Shown here piece after piece: positions 17,951 through 28,372 of a stretch of 64,000 bases of DNA. How positions within the stretch are numbered: the first letter of the stretch is position 1; the number at the start of each line of letters is the position of its first letter. The position numbers were made by a program, and so were the translations under genes. The stretch is from an uncultured Chloroflexia bacterium (GTDB lineage Bacteria > Chloroflexota > Limnocylindria > Limnocylindrales > CSP1-4), in contig CAVQUM010000004.1 of assembly GCA_963716815.1 (NCBI GenBank), positions 70,333-134,332 of the forward strand, given 5' to 3'. The notes beneath the pieces are model-generated. The model ran no database searches. It saw only the letters and a program-made list of their open reading frames with translations, and was not told the origin of the DNA.

Positions 17951-19564
17951 TCATGCCGGCTGCTCGCGTCTGAGCGTGGCTACCTGATCGGCCCCGAGCG
18001 TCTGCCACTCGCCGACCGCGCCGTCGGGCCAGGTCACGCGAACCTCGGCCTTGTCGTGCTGGCCGAGCCCGAAGTGGATCGGCCCGAGCGAACCACCGGC
18101 GTGACCGCCGCCGACGGTGACCTCGCGGATCGTGCGCCCGTCCCCGGCCTCGACCTCGATCCAGGCACCGATGGCATCGGCGTTGGGGCCATCCTGCGCG
18201 AGCTTCACGTCCAGCCAGTGGCCCATGGCCTTAGGCTTCCGCGCGGTCCCACGTCCGACGTTGCGTCGGACGTCGACGTTCTCGTAGCGGTTGACCTCGA
18301 CGAGGTCGAGCAGACCGTCTCGGTTCAGGTCCACCAGCGCTGCGCCGCGGGTGCGGACCGAGCTGAGGATGCCGGCCTTCTTCGCCGCTCGCTCGAACGT
18401 GCCGTCGGTGCGCCGCAGGAGCAGCTCGTTGGGATCCTCGAGTGCACTGCCCGCCGCTTCATCGACGTTGCCCTTGGAGACGTAGAGGTCGAGCCGGCCG
18501 TCGTTGTTGACGTCGTCGAACTCCGGGTGCCATGAGGTCGAGGGGTCGATGGGCCGACCGATCGAGGGCGTCGTCACCGAGATCCCATGGTGGGGGGCGA
18601 CGTCCACGAAGACCGGCGCGGAAGGATCCGACTCGAGCGTCTCCAGGCGGTTCGCCCCGATGCTCGTGAGGTAGTACTCGAGGAACCCGTCGCCGGTCAC
18701 GTCCTCGGCCGCGATACCCATGCCGAAGATGCGCACCGGCTTCCAGCCGTCCTCGGACGCGTACAGGCGAGGCGGTTCGTCGGCCACGACCTGCCACAGT
18801 TGATCGCCGCCCTCGTTGTAGTAGTAGTGGCGGTCGTTGGCCACGCGCAGGTCACGACGACCCGAGCGGTCCCAGTCGCTGAAGAGCATGGACAGGGCAC
18901 ATCGTCCGGGCTCCAGCGTCGTTGCCGGCGCGAACCCGCGGCCTCCGCTTGCCGGGCGATAGACGTACCCGGGCGTACAGTGGGCGAGGTGCTGCTCGTC
19001 GAAGTGGTCGACGTAGTTGCCGAACGCCAGCGTCGGCCAGTCATGCCCCTCCTCCCATGTCGCGCTGAAGGCCGTGGTCCAGTCGTCGCGGCCGTCGAAC
19101 CCCCAAGCCTCGTTGGCTCGCTCGAAGGCGCAATCGCCGAGCCCCCGCAGGAGCACGTTCTCGCCGTAGCGCAGGACCGCCAGATCGGTGTTGCCATCCG
19201 AGTCGATGTCGAGCGGGTAGGCACCGGTGACCGAAGCCAGATCGGTCACCTCGCTCTCGACGCGTTCGAAGCGCAGGCGCTTGCCCGTCTGGCTCCGATT
19301 GCGGAAGAGCGCGGCGGCCCCCTCGCCGCCGGCGAAGTAGAGCTCCGGCCGCTCATCGCCGTTGCAGTCGAGGACCGCCACCCCGCCTCCGACGTAGAAG
19401 TCGAAGCCGCCATCGTAGGTGTGGTCGATCCCAGCTGCCGCAGCCTCCTCGACGAAGGTGGGCACCCTTGGCCCCTTCGTCGGCTCGGCGGCGTGGGTCA
19501 CGGCTGGAGCGGCGAGGACGAGACAGAGGGCGACCGCGAGGGTGGCCCGGAGCAGGAGTCGCAC
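17951..19564 (-). CDS. secreted CRTAC1-family protein (FG-GAP/VCBS repeats + ASPIC/UnbV domain)
   Basis: Signal peptide, repeats DIDSDGNTDLAV, DWDRSGRRDL, DVNNDGRLDLYV and DLNRDGLLDLV, and C-terminal GHWLDVKLAQDGPNADAIGAWIEVEAGDGRTIREVTVGGGHAG...VRVTWPDG. Confidence 0.85.
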   Translation of the reverse strand: MRLLLRATLAVALCLVLAAPAVTHAAEPTKGPRVPTFVEEAAAAGIDHTYDGGFDFYVGGGVAVLDCNGDERPELYFAGGEGAAALFRNRSQTGKRLRFERVESEVTDLASVTGAYPLDIDSDGNTDLAVLRYGENVLLRGLGDCAFERANEAWGFDGRDDWTTAFSATWEEGHDWPTLAFGNYVDHFDEQHLAHCTPGYVYRPASGGRGFAPATTLEPGRCALSMLFSDWDRSGRRDLRVANDRHYYYNEGGDQLWQVVADEPPRLYASEDGWKPVRIFGMGIAAEDVTGDGFLEYYLTSIGANRLETLESDPSAPVFVDVAPHHGISVTTPSIGRPIDPSTSWHPEFDDVNNDGRLDLYVSKGNVDEAAGSALEDPNELLLRRTDGTFERAAKKAGILSSVRTRGAALVDLNRDGLLDLVEVNRYENVDVRRNVGRGTARKPKAMGHWLDVKLAQDGPNADAIGAWIEVEAGDGRTIREVTVGGGHAGGSLGPIHFGLGQHDKAEVRVTWPDGAVGEWQTLGADQVATLRREQPA

Positions 19565-19635
19565 GATGGCGCCAGTCTAGGCGCTCCACCAGCCCTCGCG
19601 CCACGAGGTAGCATCGTCGGGAGGAGGATGACGTC

Positions 19636-21492
19636 ATGCGCACGCGCGTTTGGGTGATGCTGGGGCTGGTCCTGGCCTTGTCGCTGCCGCTCGCTGCGCC
19701 CGTGGCGGCCGCGAGTGACGCCGACCGGTGCGTCCGCAGCGTGGATCGGGCGAAGTCGGTCGCGCGCTACTGGGACGAGGCGCTGCTCGAGGCCATCCGG
19801 CGCGACTTCCCCGCACCGACGGTGCACGCGCGCAACCTCTACCACCTCTCAGTCGTCATGTGGGACGCATGGGCTGCGTTCGACCCCGATGCCGACGGTG
19901 TCTTGGTGACCGAGAAGTACGAGCACGACCATCCCGCCGCGGCCCGCGACCGCGCCATCAGCTACGGCGCCTATCGACTGCTCAGCCACCGTTATCGCGA
20001 CGCCGTGGGCGGAGCCGAAAGCCTCAAGGCCTTCGATGAGTTGATGGCTGCGCTGTGCCTGCCCACCGACCGCACCGGGACCAGGGGAGGCTCGGCCGCG
20101 GCGCTCGGCAACCGCATCGCGGCGCGCGTCATCAGCGCAGGGCTCCGGGATGGCTCCCGCGAGCGGCAAGGCTATGTCTCGGCCGACTACGTGCCGGTCA
20201 ACGAGCCGATGGTGGTCAAGGCGCCGGGCACGTTCCTGACCGACCCCAACCGCTGGCAGCCGCTGGCCCTCGAGGTGGCGATCTCGCAGAACGACATCCT
20301 GTTGCCCAGCGGGCCGCAGGAGTTCGTGGGACCGCACTGGGGTCACGTCGACTCGTTCGCCCTGCCCGACGCGGGTCCCGACGGGGTGCCCATCGATCCG
20401 GGGCCACCGCCTCGCCTGGGCGATCCCCTGACCGACGACACGTTCAAGGAGAAGGCGGTCGAGGTGGTGCGCTACAGCAGCCTGCTCGACCCGCGTGATG
20501 GGGTCACCACGGACATCTCGCCCCGGGCCCTGGGCAACAGCACGCTCGGGACCAACGATGGGCACGGCTACGACATCAACCCCGCGACCGGAGAGCCGTA
20601 CGCGCCCAACGTCGTACCGCGGGCGGACTTCGGTCGAGTCCTCGCCGAGTTCTGGGCCGACGGCCCGTCCTCGGAGACGCCGCCCGGCCACTGGAACTCG
20701 CTGGCCAACACCGTCGTCGACCACCCCGCCTTCGAGCGTCGCATCGGTGGCTCCGGCGAAGAGCTGGGGCCGCTCGAGTGGGACGTGAAGATGTACCTCG
20801 CGCTCAATGGTGCGGTCCACGACGCGGCGGTCGCAGCCTGGGGCGCCAAGAGCCACTACGACTACGTCCGGCCCATCTCCATGATCCGCTGGATGGGTGG
20901 CCTGGGCCAGTCGACCGATCCCTCACTGCCCGCGTATCACCCCGATGGGCTGCCGCTGGTCCCGGGTCAGGTCGAGCTCATCACGCCCGCTTCAGCGGCG
21001 CCCGGCGAACGGCACGAGCACCTTGCCGACCACGTCGATGAGATCGCCGTCTTCGCCTGGAGCGGCAACCCCAGCGACACCGCGAGCGAGTTCGGCGGCG
21101 TGGACTGGATCCGTGCGGTCGAGTGGGTGCCGTACCAGATGCCGACGTTCGTGACGCCGGCATTCGCGGGCTACGTGAGCGGCCACTCCACCTTCAGCCG
21201 CGCGGCCGCGGAGGTGCTCGCCGCCATCACCGGCACGCCCTACTTCCCCGGTGGCCTCGGCTCGTGGACGGTGCCCGCCGGCTCGCTCCAGTTCGAGTCG
21301 GGCCCGAGCCAGGACGTCGAACTGCAGTGGGCCACCTACTACGACGCGGCCGACCAGGCCGGCCTCAGCCGCCTCTATGGCGGCATCCACGTCGAGGCCG
21401 ACGACCTGCAGGGCCGGGTCATGGGTGCGCAGTGTGGCCGCGACGCCTGGACCACCGCCCAGCGCTACTGGCAGGGGACGGCCCGAGGCTGA
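19636..21492 (+). CDS. secreted vanadium-dependent haloperoxidase / PAP2-superfamily protein
   Basis: Signal peptide plus the three active-site motifs in order: KSHYDYVRP, YVSGHSTFS, SRLYGGIHVEADD. Confidence 0.8.
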   Translation: MRTRVWVMLGLVLALSLPLAAPVAAASDADRCVRSVDRAKSVARYWDEALLEAIRRDFPAPTVHARNLYHLSVVMWDAWAAFDPDADGVLVTEKYEHDHPAAARDRAISYGAYRLLSHRYRDAVGGAESLKAFDELMAALCLPTDRTGTRGGSAAALGNRIAARVISAGLRDGSRERQGYVSADYVPVNEPMVVKAPGTFLTDPNRWQPLALEVAISQNDILLPSGPQEFVGPHWGHVDSFALPDAGPDGVPIDPGPPPRLGDPLTDDTFKEKAVEVVRYSSLLDPRDGVTTDISPRALGNSTLGTNDGHGYDINPATGEPYAPNVVPRADFGRVLAEFWADGPSSETPPGHWNSLANTVVDHPAFERRIGGSGEELGPLEWDVKMYLALNGAVHDAAVAAWGAKSHYDYVRPISMIRWMGGLGQSTDPSLPAYHPDGLPLVPGQVELITPASAAPGERHEHLADHVDEIAVFAWSGNPSDTASEFGGVDWIRAVEWVPYQMPTFVTPAFAGYVSGHSTFSRAAAEVLAAITGTPYFPGGLGSWTVPAGSLQFESGPSQDVELQWATYYDAADQAGLSRLYGGIHVEADDLQGRVMGAQCGRDAWTTAQRYWQGTARG

Positions 21493-21516
21493 CCAGCGGG
21501 CTCGGTCGCGGATGCG

Positions 21517-23859
21517 CTACTGGCGAGCCAAGGCCATGCGGATCTCCGCCTCGTGGTCGACGACGCTCTCGCCGGAGACGTCGTAGACGGCGCGAAGGAC
21601 GGTGCCGCTGAAAGCGAACGGCGGCCGGTACTCGGGCGTGACCGGCGCTCCGGCGTCCAGGCCCACCGAGACTCCGCCGGCCAGTCCGACGGTGATGGGC
21701 ATCGTCACCGGCAACTCGCCCGAGCCCACCGGCTGGCCATCGACGAAGAGGGTGATGGTGCCGGGTGTGCCCTTGCCCTTGAGCGGCTCGGCCGGCCCGG
21801 TCGGCGCGAACTCGAAGCTGAGGATGTGCTTGCCGCCCGGGACGTCGGTGTCCGACACGATGTGGAAGTGCTGGTCGGCCACGTAGTTGTAGGTGTAGCG
21901 CAGCTTCCCGTCCTGCACGAACAGCGAGAACCCGCCGTCGACACCGCCCTGGCTGAGCAGCACACCTTCGGCGCCCTCGTCGGGGACGATCACGCCGACG
22001 TGTGCGCTGTGCGGCCGGTTGAGCAGTTTGGGTGCGGCGTTGGGCGGCACCTCCTGGGTTCCGGGGTAGTAGGTATAGCGCTCACGATCGGGTGCGAGCT
22101 GCGGCCGCTCGTCGGCGAAGCGCTGCTGCCCGCGGCCGTCCACCGGGAGCACGTTGTACTTGCCGGCCTCGGCATACCAGGTGGCGATCATCTCGAGCAG
22201 CCGCGCGGGGTTCTCGGCCGCCACGTCGTGGCCCTCGGTCCAGTCCTCGGCCACGTGGTAGAGCTCCCACCCGCTCGCGTCGAGTTCGGTCAGCTTCTCG
22301 GCCGGGATGGGCGTGCCGAAGGGCTGGCCCTCCGCGAAGGAAGCGCCCGGCCAGGGGCAGACCGCTTTCCAGCCGTCGTGGTAGATGGAGCGGTGGCCCA
22401 GCATCTCGAAGTACTGCGTGGTCCGATGTGACGGTGCTTCGGGGTCGGTGATCGAGCCGGCCAGGCTCAGGCCCTCGATGGGCGACTGCTGGACGCCGCG
22501 GATGAAGGTCGGCGGCTCGATGTCGAGCAGTTCCAGCACCGTCGGCACCATGTCGATGGCGTGGCCGTACTGGTCGCGGATCTCACCCCGGGCTTCCACG
22601 CCGGCCGGCCAGTGGATGATGAAGGGGTCGCTGATGCCGCCGCGATAGGTCTCTCGCTTCCAGCGACGGAAGGGCGTGTTGCCGGCCCAGGTCCAGCCCC
22701 ACGGGTAGTGGTTGAAGTACTTGGGCCCGCCGATGTCGTCGATGGCCGCGAGGTTCTGTTCCAGGTCGTCTTCGACGAAGTTGAAGAACTTGTTCTCGTT
22801 GATGGATCCGGTGGGCCCGCCTTCCGAGCTGGCGCCGTTGTCGCTGATGGCCATGATCAGCGTGTTGTCCAGCTCCCCGAGCTCCTCGAGGAAGTCAAGC
22901 AGCCGGCCGATGTGATGGTCGGTGTGCTCGAGGAAGCCGGCGAAGACCTCCATCATGCGCGCGTACAGGCGCCGCTCCTCGGCCGACAGGCTGTCCCAGT
23001 GGGGCACGTCCGGATCGTGCCTTGAGAGCTCGGCATCGGCCGGGATCACGCCCAGCTCCTTCTGGCGGGCGAAGACCTGCTCGCGGTAGGCCTCCCAGCC
23101 ATCGTCGAAGACGCCCTTGTACTTGTCCGTCCATTCCGCCGCCACGTGGTGCGGCGCGTGCATGGCACCGGTGGCGAAGTAGAGGAAGAAGGGCTTGTTG
23201 GGTGCGACCTGCTTGGAGTCCGCCAGGAAGCTGATGGCGCGGTCGACGAGGTCCTCGGTGAGGTGGTAGCCCTCCTCCGGGGTCTTCGGCGGCTCGACGC
23301 GGTGGTTGTCGTACGTCAGCTCGGGGTAGTACTGGTGCGTGTCACCGCCGAGGAAGCCGTAGTAGCGCTCGAAGCCTCGCCCCAGCGGCCAGCGGTCGTA
23401 GGGCCCGGCCGCCGAGATCTGATCGGCCGGCGTCAGGTGCCACTTCCCTACCGCGTAGGTGTTGTAGCCCTCGCGCTGCAGGATCTCACTGAGGAAACCG
23501 TTCTCGAAGGGGATGTAGCCGTCGTAGCCGGGGAAGCCGGTGCTGATCTCGGTGATGCCGGCCATGTGGTTGGAGTGGTGGTTGCGACCGGTGAGGATGC
23601 ACGTGCGGGTGGGCGAGCACAGCGCGGTCGTGTGCATGTTGCTGTAGCGCAGGCCGCCGGCCGCGAGGCGGTCGAGATTGGGCGTGGCGATGGGACTGCC
23701 GTAGCAGCCGAGCTGCCCGAAGCCGGTGTCGTCGAGCACGATGAACAACACGTTCGGCGCGCCGTCGCCTGGCTCGACGCGGTTCCGGCCAGGCCTGCTC
23801 GGAGGCGTCGAAGGTACGACCGATGACTCCCGGGAACGTCGTGCCGGGCTTGTACTCCT
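21517..23859 (-). pseudogene. arylsulfatase (formylglycine type), one frameshift near 23781
   Basis: APNVLFIVLDDTGFGQLGCYGS and CSPTRTCILTGR lie in the 788-aa ORF. The family-typical N-terminus MGLKEYKPGTTFPGVIGRTFDASEQAWPEP (ATG 23859, GGAGGAG RBS) is one frame off. Confidence 0.85.
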
Positions 23860-23994
23860 TGAGACCCATCGTTGCTCCTCCAAGGCTCAGCAGATGAAGA
23901 ACCGGGCTGGTTGCCCAGCTACGGCGTTCGGGCGCTTGCGGCACGGTAACAGCGTCGTCCGGCACCCGCACCGCAGGCACGCTAGCCTCGGGTC

Positions 23995-25168
23995 GTGAGC
24001 GCCGTCCGTTTCGTCCGTACCCACGCCGATGCGCTGCTGGCGGTCGCGCTGGCGGTGGCCTTCCTGCTGGAGGCCGCCACGACCGAGGCCGGGATCAGCG
24101 GTGGTTCGTTCCTGGCCGATCTGGAAGTCGACGAGGCGCTCGCGATCGGGGCCGGGGTCGCGTTCCTGCTCTCGCTGGCACTGCGCTCACGCGTGCCGGC
24201 CGTGCCACTGGCCCTGGCCTTCGTGGCCCTCGCGTTCCTGGGCCGGGGGTCGGTCGACGGGGTCACCTCGCTGCTTCTCGGTCTCGTGCTCATGGCCTAC
24301 TCGGTCGGCGCCTGGTCGGGTGGGCAGGAGGCGCTCATCGGCGCACTGGGCCTCGGTGCCCTTGCCGGCCTCGCGGTCTTGCGCGGCGCTGTGGAACCGG
24401 TCGAGGCTCAGGTCATCGCCGGGCCGGTCCTGGTCCTGTTCGGCCCATGGCTGCTGGGCGTCTTCATGCGTGGGCTCCGTGCCCGGCGCGGGGACCCGCG
24501 CGTGGCGCGCACACGCCGCTTCAGCTTCGGTCGCGGCGTGGCCGCGCCCGACTCCGCCGGCCGTGACGATCTGGTGCGCGAGCTGCGCGACATCATCGAG
24601 CGAGCCATGAGCACGGTCATCATGGGTGCCCGCGATGCGCGCGATGCCATGCGCGGCGACCCTGGCCGAACCGATCGCGCACTGCGGGCGATCGAGGCCG
24701 CAGGCACCGAGGCGCTCGAGGAGAGCCAGCGGCTCACGAGCCTGCTGCTTGCGCCCGATGGCGTGCCGGTGCCGGAGCTGGGGCCGGGTCTGGCCGACGT
24801 GGACTTCCTGGCCCAGGAAGTCGATCTCTGCCGGTCTGCCGGTGGACCTGCACGTGACCGGCCGCCCGCTGCCGCTGACGCCGGACCTCGATGCGGCTGC
24901 CTACCGCGTCGTGCACGAGGCCCTCATGAGCGCGCTCGAGAGCACGACCGGGGCCAAGGCCAACGTCTTGATCCGCTACGAGCCCGACGCCCTCGAGGTG
25001 GAGGTCGTCGACGACGGGGTGGCGGCGAGCGGGAAGGGAGAGACCGATGCCCTGGTGGCCGTGCGCAAGGAGGTCGCGAGTCTCGGCGGCACGCTCGACG
25101 CCGGCCCCGGCGACGACGGCGGCTACTGGGTGCTGGCCCGGTTCCCGTACGAGCCCGACTGGAGTTGA
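23995..25168 (+). pseudogene. membrane HisKA_3-type histidine-kinase-like protein, degenerate catalytic motifs, one frameshift near 24825
   Basis: N-terminal TM bundle and a dimerisation helix LVRELRDIIERAMS, where kinases have ELHDxxAH. The HATPase_c-like C-terminus (YRVVHEALMSALES...LGGTLDAGPGDDGGYWVLARFPYE) lies in the next frame. Confidence 0.65.
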
Positions 25169-25220
25169 GACCCTCCGCTCGCTAGACTGTGCCGCCCCCA
25201 CCCCTGCACGGAGAAGTGAG

Positions 25221-25631
25221 ATGGCAGCCAACGGCACCGGCACCAAGGACGATCCCTGGGTCCTGACCACGCCACCGGGTTCGTCCGAGTACACCATGTT
25301 CCGAGATGAGACGGCCGATCCACCTGCGCTCGTCTGCCGGGTCGGCTCGACCACGCTTTCGTACCAGCTGCGCTGCATCGAGGACCTGCACGCCATGCTC
25401 GTGGCGCACGGCGACTGGATGGACCTGGGCGCGGCTGACGAGAGCAAGGAGCCCAAGCCCGCTACCGTCGAGGCCTGGGGCCGTGCTGCCGACAACCCGG
25501 TCGGCGGCTTCTACGGACTGCGCAAGGGCTACCGCGGCCGTTTCGGCATGTACCTGCCGCCGCTACTCGAGGCGCTCGGACTGGCCGAGCTGACACACGA
25601 GAAGCGCAACAACCGCATGCGCGCGATCTAG
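25221..25631 (+). CDS. conserved hypothetical protein (136 aa)
   Basis: Clean ORF MAANGTGTKDDPWVLTTPPGSSEYTMFRDE...GLRKGYRGRFGMYLPPLLEALGLAELTHEKRNNRMRAI with GC3-rich codons. I cannot assign a family with confidence. Confidence 0.55.
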   Translation: MAANGTGTKDDPWVLTTPPGSSEYTMFRDETADPPALVCRVGSTTLSYQLRCIEDLHAMLVAHGDWMDLGAADESKEPKPATVEAWGRAADNPVGGFYGLRKGYRGRFGMYLPPLLEALGLAELTHEKRNNRMRAI

Positions 25632-25650
25632 AAGGGCGACCCGGGAATCA

Positions 25651-25680
25651 CGAAGGCCGTCCGGTCGACCGGACGGCCTT
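25651..25680. terminator. 30-nt perfect palindrome between convergent genes
   Basis: GAAGGCCGTCCGGTC|GACCGGACGGCCTTC sits 20 nt after the stop at 25631 and 18 nt after the stop at 25698. Confidence 0.55.
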
Positions 25681-25697
25681 CGTCGTAGGTGGCGAGA

Positions 25698-25976
25698 CTA
25701 GGCCTCGGGGGATTCCTCGGCGACCTCTTCCTCGACGTCGGCGGCCATGGTCTCTTCGGCGTCCTCGACCTCGGCGGCCATGGACTCTGCCGCGTCGGCA
25801 GCCATCGACTCGACGGCCTCCATGGTCTCCTCGGCGGCCTCGACCTCCTCGGCAGCCATCGACTCGACGGCCTCGGCCGGAGTGGTGGGCTCAGGCGTGG
25901 CCTTGTCGTCGTCACAGGCGATGGCCACGACGCTCAGGCTGGCAACAAGCGCAGCCGTAATCAGGGTCTTCTTCAC
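25698..25976 (-). CDS. small acidic repeat lipoprotein
   Basis: GTG 25976 is preceded by GAGAGGAA. Lipobox LSVVAIAC, then E/A/M-rich repeats (AVESMAAEEVEAAEETMEAVESMAADAAESMAAEVEDAEETMAADVEEE). Confidence 0.6.
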   Translation of the reverse strand: MKKTLITAALVASLSVVAIACDDDKATPEPTTPAEAVESMAAEEVEAAEETMEAVESMAADAAESMAAEVEDAEETMAADVEEEVAEESPEA

Positions 25977-26143
25977 GGGCAGTGTTCCTCTCGTCGTTCC
26001 TAGCAGTTGCAGAACGTGACGTATCGTAGGCCACATCGTGCTTGGGCGTCGTGTGATGGAGGTGCGCGCGTCGTACCATCGCTCGGCGCGAGGCTGACGA
26101 GGGGCGTCGGGGTCGCCACCATCGAGGAAGGAGCAGGCCGGGC

Positions 26144-28372
26144 ATGCCCATCGAATGGCGCGGGGACGGGCGCCAGTTGCATCTCTACAACGACCACGTC
26201 AGCTATGTCATGCGTGTGCTGGAATCGGGCACGTTGGCTCACATCTACTTCGGAGCGCGGCTGGCCACCGAACGGGACTACGGGCACTTCCTGCGCGACT
26301 CGCGCATCGCCAGGTTCAACCACGTCCTGGACCCCATCCCGCTGGAGTTGCCCACGGCCGGCAGTGGCGACTTCCGGGCGCCGATGCTCACGGTTCGCCA
26401 CGCCGACGGCAGTACCGTGCTCGACCTGCTCTACCGCGAGCACCAGATCGCCCCGGGTAAGCCCTACCTCGATGGCCTGCCCAGCACCTACGTAGAGGGA
26501 CCGTCCGAGGCCGAGACCGTCGAGATCTGTCTGGTCGACGGCAATTCCAGCCTGCGCGTACGCCTGATCACGACCATCTACGCCGATCGGCCGGTGGTGA
26601 CCCGCAGCATGCGCGTGATCAACGAAGGACCGAAGGACGTCAAGCTGACCACGGCCATGAGCGCGGCCCTGGACCTGCCCGATCCCGACTGGCACCTGCT
26701 GCAGCTGACCGGGGCCTGGGCCCGCGAGACGCACATCGTGGATGCACCGCTGGTGGCCGGCACGCGGGCCGTGCGCAGCCAGCGCGGTTCGAGCGGCCAT
26801 CAGCAGAACCCCTTCATCCTGCTGCGCCGGCCCTGGACGACCGAGGCCGCCGGCGAGGCCATCGGCATGTCGCTGGTCTACTCGGGCAACTTCCTCGCCG
26901 AGGTCGAGCGCGACTCGACCGACACCGTGCGTGCGCGCATCGGCATGGACCCCGAGACCATCCGCTGGCAGATCACCGCCGGCATGGACCTGCAGATCCC
27001 CGAGGCCGTTCTGACCTGGTCCGACGAGGGCCTTGGGGGCGTCTCGGACGCGTACCACCGGCTCTACCGCGAGCGCCTGGCCGCAGGTATCTGGCGCGAC
27101 AAGCCACGACCGGTCCTGCTCAACAGCTGGGAAGGCGCCTACTTCGACTTCGACGAGGACACGCTCTTCGAGATGGCGGCCGCCGCCGCGGACCTGGGCG
27201 CGGAGCTGTTCGTGCTCGATGACGGCTGGTTCGGCCAGCGCGATGCCGATGACTCCAGCCTCGGCGACTGGACCGTAGACCTGCGCAAGCTGCCGTCGGG
27301 CCTGCCCGACCTGGTCGAGCGGATCAACGGGCTGGGCCTGCGCTTCGGCATCTGGATCGAGCCGGAGATGGTCAACCCGCGCAGCCGGCTCTTCGATACG
27401 CATCCCGAATGGGCCGTGGGCTTCCCGGGGCGGCCGCGCTCGGAGATCCGCAACCAGTTCGTGTTGGACATGTCCAACCCGGAGGTCGTCGACTACCTCG
27501 AGCGGGTCATCGGCAACGTCCTCTCGAGTGCGCCCATCGAGTACGTCAAGTGGGACTACAACCGGGTCATCACCGAGCCCTACGGGGCCTCGCTCCCGGC
27601 CGAGCGGCAGAACGAGTTCTTCCACCGCTACATGCTCGGCGTGTACGACCTCTACTCCCGTCTGACCGAGCGCTTCCCGCACATCCTCTTCGAGTCCTGC
27701 GCCGGCGGCGGCGGGCGCAACGACCCGGGGGTGCTGGCCTTCGCGCCGCAGGCCTGGATCAGCGACGACACCGACGCGGTCGAACGTCAGCGCATCCAGT
27801 ACGGGACGTCGATGGTCTACCCGCTGGTGGCCATGGGCGCCCACGTCAGCGCCGTGCCCAACCACCAGATCGGACGCGTGACGCCGCTCGACACGCGGGC
27901 CGCGGTGGCCTTCTTCGGCAACCTCGGCTATGAGCTCGACCCGCGGTCGCTGGACGAGGCCGAGGCCAAGCAGGTGCGGGCGCAGATCGCCTGGTACAAG
28001 GAGCGCCGGGAACTCATCCATCGGGGGCGTTTCCACCGCCTGCGCAGCCCCTTCGAGGGCGACGGCAACGAGACGGCCTGGATGGTCGTGGCCGACGACC
28101 GGACGCACGCGCTGGTGGGCTGGTACCGCACGCTCTCGGTGCCCTTGCCAGGTCCGTCGCTGCTGCGCCTCCGCGGGCTCGACCCGGGTGCGCGCTACCG
28201 GGTTACGGTCTGGCCGGAGGCGGACGATGCGCTCACGCGCGCGAACGAGCTGGAGCGCGGCGGTGATGAGCTCATGCGCCAGGGCCTGTTCCTCGACGAC
28301 CACGCGTGGGAGGCCCAGCTACGCGGTGACTTCCAGGCGCGGATCTTCGAGCTGGTGAAGGTGGGCACGTGA
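26144..28372 (+). CDS. alpha-galactosidase, GH36
   Basis: LLNSWEGAYFDFDE, FVLDDGWFGQRDADDSSLGDW, IEYVKWDYNR, FESCAGGGGRND; 742 aa, intact. Confidence 0.92.
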   Translation: MPIEWRGDGRQLHLYNDHVSYVMRVLESGTLAHIYFGARLATERDYGHFLRDSRIARFNHVLDPIPLELPTAGSGDFRAPMLTVRHADGSTVLDLLYREHQIAPGKPYLDGLPSTYVEGPSEAETVEICLVDGNSSLRVRLITTIYADRPVVTRSMRVINEGPKDVKLTTAMSAALDLPDPDWHLLQLTGAWARETHIVDAPLVAGTRAVRSQRGSSGHQQNPFILLRRPWTTEAAGEAIGMSLVYSGNFLAEVERDSTDTVRARIGMDPETIRWQITAGMDLQIPEAVLTWSDEGLGGVSDAYHRLYRERLAAGIWRDKPRPVLLNSWEGAYFDFDEDTLFEMAAAAADLGAELFVLDDGWFGQRDADDSSLGDWTVDLRKLPSGLPDLVERINGLGLRFGIWIEPEMVNPRSRLFDTHPEWAVGFPGRPRSEIRNQFVLDMSNPEVVDYLERVIGNVLSSAPIEYVKWDYNRVITEPYGASLPAERQNEFFHRYMLGVYDLYSRLTERFPHILFESCAGGGGRNDPGVLAFAPQAWISDDTDAVERQRIQYGTSMVYPLVAMGAHVSAVPNHQIGRVTPLDTRAAVAFFGNLGYELDPRSLDEAEAKQVRAQIAWYKERRELIHRGRFHRLRSPFEGDGNETAWMVVADDRTHALVGWYRTLSVPLPGPSLLRLRGLDPGARYRVTVWPEADDALTRANELERGGDELMRQGLFLDDHAWEAQLRGDFQARIFELVKVGT

